Source of the DNA: Bacteroidota bacterium
GTDB taxonomy: Bacteria; Bacteroidota; Bacteroidia; Flavobacteriales_D; Crocinitomicaceae
Assembly: GCA_041168605.1 (NCBI GenBank)
Contig: JBEEKN010000004.1
Location: forward strand, 4,130-68,129
Length of the DNA stretch: 64,000 nucleotides
Reading direction: 5' to 3'
Below, piece after piece: positions 56,647 to 64,000 of the stretch (position 1 is the first letter of the stretch; each line of letters opens with the position of its first letter). Made by a program: the position numbers and the translations under genes. The notes beneath the pieces were generated by a model. The model did not search any database, was not told where the DNA came from, and saw only the letters and a program-made list of their open reading frames with translations.

Positions 56647-59600
56647 ATGAAAGCAAAATATCCTGAGTACAAAGGATTAAATCTCCCCAATGTCGCTGCC
56701 AGCGTTCTTGAAAAATGGCAAAAAGAATCCATTTTTCAGCAATCGGTTGCTCAGCGCAATGGTGCACCTTCTTTTGTCTTTTATGAAGGGCCGCCTTCTG
56801 CCAATGGCTTACCGGGTATTCACCACGTCATGGGCCGTGCCATCAAAGATATCTTTTGCCGTTACCAAACGCTCAAAGGCAAGCAAGTACACCGCAAGGC
56901 GGGCTGGGACACCCATGGTTTGCCCGTAGAACTCGGTGTCGAAAAAGAACTCGGCATCACTAAAGAAGACATCGGCACCAAAATTTCCGTAGACGCCTAC
57001 AACGACGCTTGCAAAGAAGCCGTCATGCGCTACACCGATATCTGGAACCAACTCACCGAAAAAATGGGTTATTGGGTCGATATGCAAGACCCGTATATCA
57101 CCTACACGCCCAAATATATGGAGACCGTATGGTGGTTGTTGGCCCAACTCTACAACAAAGGATTGTTGTATAAAGGCTACACCATTCAACCTTACTCGCC
57201 CAAAGCAGGCACGGGGCTCTCTTCACATGAGCTCAACCAACCGGGTTGCTACAAAGATGTCAAAGACACCACTGTTGTGGCTATGTTTGAGTTATTGGGT
57301 GCTCAAGCGCTCCCTTTTGAGGCTCATTTCTGCGAAAAAACACATTTACTCGCCTGGACCACCACACCCTGGACGCTTCCTTCCAATACAGCACTTACGG
57401 TGGGTCCGCAAATTGAATATGCGGTTGTCGCGACCCACAACCAGTATACATATGAACCCATGCAAGTGATCCTCGCCAAAAATCTGGTGGCGTATCAATT
57501 TGCGAAAGGTTTTGTTGCAGTGGAAGATACCGCAGACCTAGCCACCTACACGGCCGGCGATAAGCAAATTCCTTACGCGGTTTTAGGCACTTGCAAAGGT
57601 CAAGACCTGATCGGGCTCAAGTACCAACAGCTCTTGGCTTATGCGCAGCCGGCAGAAAATGCCCAAGCAGCATTTAGGGTCATTGGTGGAGACTTCGTGA
57701 CGACCGAAGACGGCACCGGAATTGTACACACCGCTCCAACTTTTGGTGCAGATGACGCCCGTGTGGCGGCTGAAGCCGGTGTGCCAGGGCTGCTCGTCAC
57801 AGACGAGCGCGGCAACCTCGTTCCACTCGTCGACCTCCAAGGCCGCTTCAGACCTGAAGTAGGGCCATATGCCGGCATGTATGTCAAAAACGAATACTAC
57901 GACGCTGGCCAAGAGCCAGAGCGCTCAGTAGACGTCCAAATTGCGATCCAATTGAAAGAAGAGGGCAAGGCCTTCAAAGTAGAAAAATACGAACACTCGT
58001 ATCCACACTGCTGGCGCACAGACAAACCGGTTTTGTATTACCCATTAGACTCCTGGTTTATCCGTGTCACCGATCAAAAAGACCAACTTGTTGCCCTCAA
58101 CAAAGAAATCAACTGGAAACCAGAGGCTACTGGTACTGGCCGCTTTGGCAAATGGCTTGAAAACGCCAATGACTGGAACCTCTCGCGTTCGCGCTATTGG
58201 GGAATTCCCATTCCTATTTGGTCCAGCGAAGAAGGCGATGAGCGCATTTGCATCGATTCAATTGCCACACTCAAAAATGAAATTGACAAGTCAGTTAGTG
58301 CTGGCTTCATGACCGAAAATCCTTTTGCGGCTTTCGAACCAACTGATTTCTCCAACCAAAATTACGAGCTCATCGACCTCCATAAGCACCAGGTAGACCC
58401 CATCATTTTGGTTTCACCGAGTGGCAAGCCCATGAATCGAGAGGCAGACCTCATCGACGTCTGGTTCGACTCCGGCGCCATGCCGTATGCCCAATTGCAC
58501 TACCCTTTTGAGAACAAAGCACTCATAGACGACAACCTCGCTTTCCCAGCCGATTTCATCGCCGAAGGCGTCGATCAAACTCGTGGATGGTTTTATACGC
58601 TCCATGCCATTTCTACAATGGTCTTCGGACAAAAAGCCTACAAAAATGTAGTTTCCAATGGTTTGGTACTCGATAAAAACGGCCAAAAAATGTCCAAGCG
58701 CTTGGGCAATGCCATCGATCCATTTACCACCCTAGACAAATACGGCCCAGATGCCACGCGCTGGTACATGATCACCAACGCTCAACCCTGGGACAACCTC
58801 AAATTTGACCTCGAAGGCATTGCAGAAGTACAGCGCAAATTCTTCGGAACACTTTACAACACCTATTCATTCTTTGCGCTATACGCCAATATCGATGGCT
58901 TTACTTTTGAAGAAGCGGCCATCGCATTTTCACAAAGACCAGAAATTGACCAATGGGTGCTTTCAAAACTAAACTCCTTGGTAGCTGAGGTAGATGCAGC
59001 TTATGCAGCCTACGAACCTACCAAAGCGGGCCGCGCCATCCAAGAATTTGTCACCGAACAACTTTCCAACTGGTATGTGCGCCTGTGCCGCCGTCGCTTC
59101 TGGAAAAACGACGACGCTCAAGACAAACTCGCAGCCTACCAGACGCTTTACGCTTGTTTGGAAACCGTAGCGGTATTAGCGGCGCCAATTGCACCGTTTT
59201 ACATGGATCAGCTGTATTCAGATTTGAATCAAGCCACTGGCAGACAGACTACAACATCTGTACACCTCGCCGATTTCCCTAAAGCCATTAGCGAACAAAT
59301 GCTGCCAACCTTAGAAACACAAATGGAGTTGGCTCAGAAAACGTGTTCGTTGGTACTGGCCTTGCGCAAAAAGCAGCACATCCGCGTGCGTCAACCGCTA
59401 CAAAAAATCATGATCCCCGTCTTGAATGCCCAAGAAGCTGCCAATTTCCGCCATGTCACTGAGCTGATCTGTTCAGAGGTCAATGTCAAAGAACTCGAAT
59501 TACTCACGGATACCGGCATCCTCGTGAAGGCAATCAAGCCGAACTTCAAAACAATAGGCCCAAAATACGGCAAGCAAATGAAGGCCATCAGCCAAGTGGT

Positions 59601-60042
59601 GCAACAATTTGACCAAAATGACATTGCGCAAATTGAACTGAACCAAGGATGGAAAGGCCAAATTGAAGGAGAGGAAATCAGCTTAGAACTCACCGATTTT
59701 GAAATCCAGGCCCAAGATATTCCGGGTTGGTTGGTTGCCAATGAAAATGGCTTAACGGTGGCTTTAGATGTCACGATTTCTGACGAACTAAAGGCCGAAG
59801 GCTTGGCGCGTGAAATAGTCAATCGCATTCAGAATTTACGCAAGGAAAGCGCTTTTGATGTCACCGACCGCATCTTGGTGCAGATAGACACAACTGCCGC
59901 TATTCAAGCAGCAATTGCAACACATAAAGCTTATATTTGTACAGAGGTCTTGGCCAACGACATTCAATTTACAACGCTTTCTATTGAGAAAACAGAAGAA
60001 ATTGAAGCGCCTGCCGATACCGCTATTCAACTTTCAAAATAA
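56647..60042 (+). CDS. ileS: Isoleucine--tRNA ligase (long, type 2 form)
   Basis: 1131 aa with the HIGH-type motif PSANGLPGIHHVMG, the KMSKS motif GQKMSKRLGN and a CP1 editing domain. Confidence 0.95.
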   Translation: MKAKYPEYKGLNLPNVAASVLEKWQKESIFQQSVAQRNGAPSFVFYEGPPSANGLPGIHHVMGRAIKDIFCRYQTLKGKQVHRKAGWDTHGLPVELGVEKELGITKEDIGTKISVDAYNDACKEAVMRYTDIWNQLTEKMGYWVDMQDPYITYTPKYMETVWWLLAQLYNKGLLYKGYTIQPYSPKAGTGLSSHELNQPGCYKDVKDTTVVAMFELLGAQALPFEAHFCEKTHLLAWTTTPWTLPSNTALTVGPQIEYAVVATHNQYTYEPMQVILAKNLVAYQFAKGFVAVEDTADLATYTAGDKQIPYAVLGTCKGQDLIGLKYQQLLAYAQPAENAQAAFRVIGGDFVTTEDGTGIVHTAPTFGADDARVAAEAGVPGLLVTDERGNLVPLVDLQGRFRPEVGPYAGMYVKNEYYDAGQEPERSVDVQIAIQLKEEGKAFKVEKYEHSYPHCWRTDKPVLYYPLDSWFIRVTDQKDQLVALNKEINWKPEATGTGRFGKWLENANDWNLSRSRYWGIPIPIWSSEEGDERICIDSIATLKNEIDKSVSAGFMTENPFAAFEPTDFSNQNYELIDLHKHQVDPIILVSPSGKPMNREADLIDVWFDSGAMPYAQLHYPFENKALIDDNLAFPADFIAEGVDQTRGWFYTLHAISTMVFGQKAYKNVVSNGLVLDKNGQKMSKRLGNAIDPFTTLDKYGPDATRWYMITNAQPWDNLKFDLEGIAEVQRKFFGTLYNTYSFFALYANIDGFTFEEAAIAFSQRPEIDQWVLSKLNSLVAEVDAAYAAYEPTKAGRAIQEFVTEQLSNWYVRLCRRRFWKNDDAQDKLAAYQTLYACLETVAVLAAPIAPFYMDQLYSDLNQATGRQTTTSVHLADFPKAISEQMLPTLETQMELAQKTCSLVLALRKKQHIRVRQPLQKIMIPVLNAQEAANFRHVTELICSEVNVKELELLTDTGILVKAIKPNFKTIGPKYGKQMKAISQVVQQFDQNDIAQIELNQGWKGQIEGEEISLELTDFEIQAQDIPGWLVANENGLTVALDVTISDELKAEGLAREIVNRIQNLRKESAFDVTDRILVQIDTTAAIQAAIATHKAYICTEVLANDIQFTTLSIEKTEEIEAPADTAIQLSK

Positions 60043-60509
60043 TGCTCATGAACAAATGGTTCCTAGACGATAAAGAAACCCAAACCCTCAGTGGCGCTGC
60101 TGTCAAGTGGTTTGATCATCGCTTTTTTGAAATCAAGTTTGAAGGTAAAAAATACCATGGTGAGCTCGTTTCAGACCAATCCGAAACTGGTCAACTCACC
60201 ATTCGCATCAATCACCGCACGTTTCAGGTCAAGAAAGGCCATCCGCTAGATGCACTAATTGCTGCTATGGGCCTAGACCAACCCAAATTGCGCAAACTCA
60301 AAGAAATGCAGGCGCCTATGCCAGGCCGCGTAACGGCAATCCACGTTGAGGTGGGCCAAGAGGTAGAACCCGGAGCACCTTTACTTTCGTTAGAAGCCAT
60401 GAAAATGGAAAACGTCCTGAAGGCCGAAGGAATAGGAGTGGTTTCTGCGATTTCTATTCAGCAAGGAGATGTTGTCGAAAAAGGCGCGCTCTTGATTGAA
60501 TTTAGTTGA
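60042..60509 (+). CDS. Biotin/lipoyl attachment domain protein (biotin carboxyl carrier-like)
   Basis: 155 aa. The C-terminal 70 aa, MPGRVTAIHVEVGQEVEPGAPLLSLEAMKMENVLKAEGIGVV, carries the AMKM biotinylation motif. TAATG overlap with the ileS stop. Confidence 0.75.
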   Translation: MLMNKWFLDDKETQTLSGAAVKWFDHRFFEIKFEGKKYHGELVSDQSETGQLTIRINHRTFQVKKGHPLDALIAAMGLDQPKLRKLKEMQAPMPGRVTAIHVEVGQEVEPGAPLLSLEAMKMENVLKAEGIGVVSAISIQQGDVVEKGALLIEFS

Positions 60510-60540
60510 TCGGTTCACTTGCTCCGATTAACTCATTCGT

Positions 60541-60945
60541 TTACTTGATCCTGATCTGGCATTTTTTGTCTCGATCCAACACAATTTTTGCAGACTCAAA
60601 GCTAGGCGCGGAGAACATTTCTCGGGCGTTATTGGAAAAGCCATAGGCCTCTGTTGGTGCCCCAACTAGGTTTTTATCCAGTTTACCGTTTTTGTTCTCG
60701 TCGTGGTAAATGGCCAACGCATAGCTGTCTTTTGGTAAGTTTTTGAACTTATAGACATGACTTTTGCCCTCGTGCGTGACCACAACACCTTTGTATTGCT
60801 TGCCGAAACTCGGAAAGGAAGCACTTGAATTAAAGAGTCCGATAAATAGCGTTCCTTTGGTATTGGGGATGCCATCTACTTGCACTTCGAGGTCGTAAGT
60901 AGTGCCCAAAAGGCCAAGTAAAGAAAAGACGATCAGGAGTTTCAT
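60541..60945 (-). CDS. DUF2141 domain-containing secreted protein
   Basis: The ATG at 60945 gives MKLLIVFSLLGLLG (the track start at 60987 is TTG). GTLFIGLFNS...AIYHDENKNGKLDKNLVGAPTEAYGFSNNA matches DUF2141. Confidence 0.7.
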   Translation of the reverse strand: MKLLIVFSLLGLLGTTYDLEVQVDGIPNTKGTLFIGLFNSSASFPSFGKQYKGVVVTHEGKSHVYKFKNLPKDSYALAIYHDENKNGKLDKNLVGAPTEAYGFSNNAREMFSAPSFESAKIVLDRDKKCQIRIK

Positions 60946-60956
60946 ATAGCTACTAA

Positions 60957-60964
60957 CAAACTTA
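60957..60964 (-). promoter_or_regulatory. -7 promoter box TAnnTTTG (taagtttg on the minus strand) for the DUF2141 gene
   Basis: Exact match 11 nt upstream of the ATG at 60945. Confidence 0.4.
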
Positions 60965-60997
60965 ATGTAAAGCTGTTCAACAACCAACGGATTCTCC

Positions 60998-61005
60998 TAA
61001 CTTTG
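60998..61005 (+). promoter_or_regulatory. -7 promoter box TAnnTTTG (taactttg), 4 nt before the galE ATG
   Basis: Exact match in the divergent spacer. Confidence 0.4.
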
Positions 61006-61009
61006 TTTT

Positions 61010-62032
61010 ATGAATAAATACGTACTCGTTACAGGCGGTGCGGGCTATATTGGCTCACACACCGTGCTTGCTTTGCAGCAGCAAGGTTATACACCAGTAA
61101 TTGCCGATGACTTTCGCAATGCCAACAAAATTGTCTTAGCAGGTCTTCGTTCAATTTTAGGTCACGATCCGCTGCTTTATCCGATAGATATCTGCGACAG
61201 GCAAGCGCTAACGCAGTTGTTTGACAAATACACTTTTGAGGGCGTGATTCATTTTGCTGCCTACAAAGCAGTTGGCGAATCCGTAGACAAACCGCTGGAC
61301 TACTATCAGAACAATTTAGTGGGGCTGATCAACGTGCTTTCTTTATTGCAATCTCATCAAGTGAAGAATTTTGTGTTTTCCTCTTCTTGTACCGTTTACG
61401 GCGAACCCAAAGGCGAGAAAGAAGTCAGTGAAACGACCCCAAAGCAATTGCCAGAGTCACCATATGGCTATACCAAATGGATGGGCGAACAAATCATCGC
61501 TGATTTTCACCGCAGTGCGCCCGAGATCAAACTCATGAACCTCCGCTATTTCAATCCAGTTGGCGCGCATCCTTCGGCGCTTATTGGCGAGTTCCCGATC
61601 GGAAAACCCAATAACCTTTTACCTTTTGTAACCCAAACAGCCATCGGAAAGTATCCGCACCTGACCATTTTTGGCAACGATTACCCTACCCGAGACGGCT
61701 CTTGCATCCGAGACTACATTCATGTGCAAGATCTGGCAGAAGCGCACGTTGCGGCCCTAGACTTCTTGTCTAAACAACAAGAAGGGTTGCTAGAGGCGGT
61801 GAATATCGGCACCGGCACCGGCACATCCGTACTCGAAATTGTCACGGCATTTGAACGCGTTACCGGCCAGGCCTTGCCGCATGTCATTGGGCCAAGAAGA
61901 CAAGGCGACGTCATTGAAATTTACGCCAATGCCACCAAAGGTGAGCAACTGCTCGGCTGGAAGGCCCGCCTTGGCATAGGAGATGCGCTGCGCGACGCTT
62001 GGGCTTGGGAGCAATACCTCGCGACCTTATGA
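61010..62032 (+). CDS. galE: UDP-glucose 4-epimerase
   Basis: 340 aa with VLVTGGAGYIGSH, the catalytic YGYTK motif and strong overall GalE colinearity. Confidence 0.9.
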   Translation: MNKYVLVTGGAGYIGSHTVLALQQQGYTPVIADDFRNANKIVLAGLRSILGHDPLLYPIDICDRQALTQLFDKYTFEGVIHFAAYKAVGESVDKPLDYYQNNLVGLINVLSLLQSHQVKNFVFSSSCTVYGEPKGEKEVSETTPKQLPESPYGYTKWMGEQIIADFHRSAPEIKLMNLRYFNPVGAHPSALIGEFPIGKPNNLLPFVTQTAIGKYPHLTIFGNDYPTRDGSCIRDYIHVQDLAEAHVAALDFLSKQQEGLLEAVNIGTGTGTSVLEIVTAFERVTGQALPHVIGPRRQGDVIEIYANATKGEQLLGWKARLGIGDALRDAWAWEQYLATL

Positions 62033-62826
62033 TCATCGATACGCATTCACATCTCTACGCCGAAGAATTCGACCTCGACCGCGCTGAAGTACTGACGCGC
62101 GCTGCGCAAACCGGAGTAGGCGCTATTCTGTTGCCAAATATCGATGTTGAAAGCATTGCAGCTTTAGAAAATTTGGCTGACACCACCGCAAATTGCATCC
62201 CAATGATGGGCTTGCACCCCACTTACGTCAAAGCCAATTGGCAGCAAGAATTAGCCACCATAGAAAAACAGCTCTTTGCGGCTCCTGAGCGCTATTGCGC
62301 CGTGGGTGAAATCGGCTTAGACCTCTACTGGGACGACACCTTTCTCGACGCACAAAAAGAAGTATTTCGGATCCAAGTCCAGTGGGCAAAAAAACTCCAG
62401 TTACCCATTGCTATTCATGTGCGCAAGGCATTTGAAGAATTATTTGCCGTGCTCGACGAAGAGTGGACACCTGCGCTCAGCGGTGTTTTTCATTGCTTTA
62501 CCGGCAGTAAAGAACAAGTGCAGCGCATCTTGAAGTACCAACATTTTTATTTTGGAATTGGCGGCGTATTGACCTACAAAAATGCCGGCTTGGCCGAGGT
62601 GGTCAAGGAAATTCCTTTGGACAGGCTACTCTTAGAGACAGACGCCCCTTATTTGTCGCCGGTGCCGTTTCGGGGCAAGCGCAATGAGCCAAGTTACCTC
62701 ATAGAAGTGGTGACTAAACTCCAAGAAGTATTGGGTCTTAGCGCTGCGCAAATCGAAAAGCTCAGCTCAGACAACGCCATTCGTTTATTCGCTTTAGAAA
62801 AATTCCTTACTTTCGAGCATGCGTAA
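62029..62826 (+). CDS. TatD family metal-dependent hydrolase
   Basis: The ATG at 62029 gives MIIDTHSHLY, followed by GEIGLDLYW, HVR, HCFTG and ETDAPYL motifs. ATGA overlap with galE. Confidence 0.85.
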   Translation: MIIDTHSHLYAEEFDLDRAEVLTRAAQTGVGAILLPNIDVESIAALENLADTTANCIPMMGLHPTYVKANWQQELATIEKQLFAAPERYCAVGEIGLDLYWDDTFLDAQKEVFRIQVQWAKKLQLPIAIHVRKAFEELFAVLDEEWTPALSGVFHCFTGSKEQVQRILKYQHFYFGIGGVLTYKNAGLAEVVKEIPLDRLLLETDAPYLSPVPFRGKRNEPSYLIEVVTKLQEVLGLSAAQIEKLSSDNAIRLFALEKFLTFEHA

Positions 62827-63844
62827 ACTCTTACTGATTTATACGGGTGGCACCATTGGCATGATCACCAATGCGCAAACAGGCGCCCTCGAAAGTTTTG
62901 ATTTCTCGCACCTTTATGGGCATATTCCTGAGCTCAAACGCTTTGAACTCGACATCCAAGTCAAGAGTTTTGACCCGCCCCTAGATTCATCCGAAGTGGG
63001 CCCGCATCATTGGCAGCAACTTGCCAGTTGGATTGCATCAAGCTACGATCTTTTTGATGGTTTTGTGATCCTGCACGGTACCGACACCATGGCTTATACC
63101 GCAAGTGCTTTGAGTTTTATGCTGCAAGGCCTCCAAAAACCCATCGTATTTACCGGTTCACAATTGCCTATTGGTATCATCAGAACCGACGGCAAAGAAA
63201 ACCTGATTACAGCCATCGAAATTGCGGCGGCAACTGATGCGCAAGGTGCGCCCATTTTACAAGAAGTTGCGGTTTATTTTGAATATGCTTTGTTTAGAGC
63301 CAACCGCAGCTCCAAAGTTTCAGCACATCAGTTTGAGGCTTTTGCCTCTCCAAATTATCCCTTGTTGGCCAAAGCTGGCGTACAAATAGAATGGTTCCAT
63401 GAACGTTTGTTCAGAACAACGCTCCCTGCTTTGCAGGCGCAATTCGAAGTTTCCAATGAGGTCTTGATTTGGCGACTTTTCCCCGGAATGCCTTTTGAGC
63501 ACTATGCAAAAGCGCTGAGTTACCCCGACATCAAAATTTTGATCATCGAAACTTTCGGTGCAGGCAATGCATTTAGCAAGCCGAGCTTTCAAACTTTACT
63601 AGAAGCGTTTATTGCCGCAGGCGGAATGGTCTTGAATATCACGCAGTGTCAGAGCGGAGCAGTAAGACAAGGTGCTTACCAGACCAGTACGTTTTTCGAA
63701 AAAATTGGCGTGATCAGTGGTGCCGACCTTACGGCCGAGGCTGCGCTCACCAAATGTATGTTTGCATTGGCCAATGTGCCTGCAACCGAGCGTGCTGCTT
63801 TCATCCGAACGGCCATCGCCGGCGAACTTTCAGCTGCTAAATAG
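62819..63844 (+). CDS. ansA: Type I L-asparaginase
   Basis: 341 aa with LLLIYTGGTIGM (catalytic Thr), ILHGTDTMAYTASALS and overall AnsA colinearity. Confidence 0.85.
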   Translation: MRKLLLIYTGGTIGMITNAQTGALESFDFSHLYGHIPELKRFELDIQVKSFDPPLDSSEVGPHHWQQLASWIASSYDLFDGFVILHGTDTMAYTASALSFMLQGLQKPIVFTGSQLPIGIIRTDGKENLITAIEIAAATDAQGAPILQEVAVYFEYALFRANRSSKVSAHQFEAFASPNYPLLAKAGVQIEWFHERLFRTTLPALQAQFEVSNEVLIWRLFPGMPFEHYAKALSYPDIKILIIETFGAGNAFSKPSFQTLLEAFIAAGGMVLNITQCQSGAVRQGAYQTSTFFEKIGVISGADLTAEAALTKCMFALANVPATERAAFIRTAIAGELSAAK

Positions 63845-64000
63845 TCGTTTTTTCGACTAAATGGCCATCGAGTACTTCTAGAATCCTTCCTGGATAGTGG
63901 CGCACCATTTGCATGTCGTGGGTGGCCATCAAAATAGCGGTGTTTTCTTCTTTGGCTACGGCCAGCAAAAGCTCCATGATTTCTTTCGAAGTTTCTGGAT
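63837..64000 (-). CDS. ABC transporter ATP-binding protein, C-terminal fragment (FtsE/LolD-like); gene continues past the right edge
   Basis: The reverse complement reads ...PETSKEIMELLLAVAKEENTAILMATHDMQMVRHYPGRILEVLDGHLVEKTTI-stop. This is the post-D-loop and H-loop (ATHD) region of an ABC ATPase. It overlaps ansA convergently by 8 nt. Confidence 0.6.
   Translation of the reverse strand, partial: PETSKEIMELLLAVAKEENTAILMATHDMQMVRHYPGRILEVLDGHLVEKTTI

Noticed and set aside
58455-58475. tRNA-like T-arm string (ggttcgactcc).
   Set aside because: It lies inside the ileS coding frame with no flanking acceptor or anticodon stem structure. Intergenic spacers in the window are too short to hold a tRNA, and no rRNA-like sequence was seen.
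63837-63844. 8-nt convergent overlap of the ansA and ABC-ATPase stop regions.
   Set aside because: This is real in the sequence but is a common consequence of compact gene packing. There is no evidence of regulatory significance.

Overview
This window looks like a chromosomal segment from a Bacteroidota genome. The evidence is TAnnTTTG -7 promoter boxes, no Shine-Dalgarno signal, a long bacteroidete-type IleS, and many type IX secretion system (T9SS) sorting domains. Order and family cannot be determined by eye.

The left half (242..31306) is a secretome block:
- One 2316-aa T9SS cargo protein.
- Four tandem mosaic paralogs of 1155 to 1329 aa, arranged as two bicistronic units.
- A roughly 1760-aa protein with a type B (gliding-motility) C-terminal domain, followed by its own PorP/SprF-like and PorE-like OmpA genes.

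The right half is mostly housekeeping: aminotransferase plus omega-amidase, S41 peptidase, RidA, a GT2 glycosyltransferase overlapping a PorZ-like propeller protein, pnuC plus an NR-kinase-like ATPase, SCO, a pseudouridine synthase, pth, asnS, ileS, galE, tatD and ansA. It is interrupted by more T9SS cargo genes. These are 33239..35059 and a five-gene cluster at 48369..53422 (one GEVED/PPC protein, three Kelch paralogs and a DUF4907-like lipoprotein).

Twelve predicted proteins carry T9SS C-terminal domains, and their genes cover more than half of the bases. I found no rRNA, tRNA, CRISPR array, transposase, integrase or pseudogene.

The most unusual direct observation is a 1509-bp perfectly identical tract shared by two adjacent paralogs that are otherwise about 65-70% identical at its edges. 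It has sharp breakpoints and suggests recent gene conversion, unless it is an assembly artefact.

All domain names come from motif recognition by eye and need HMM confirmation.
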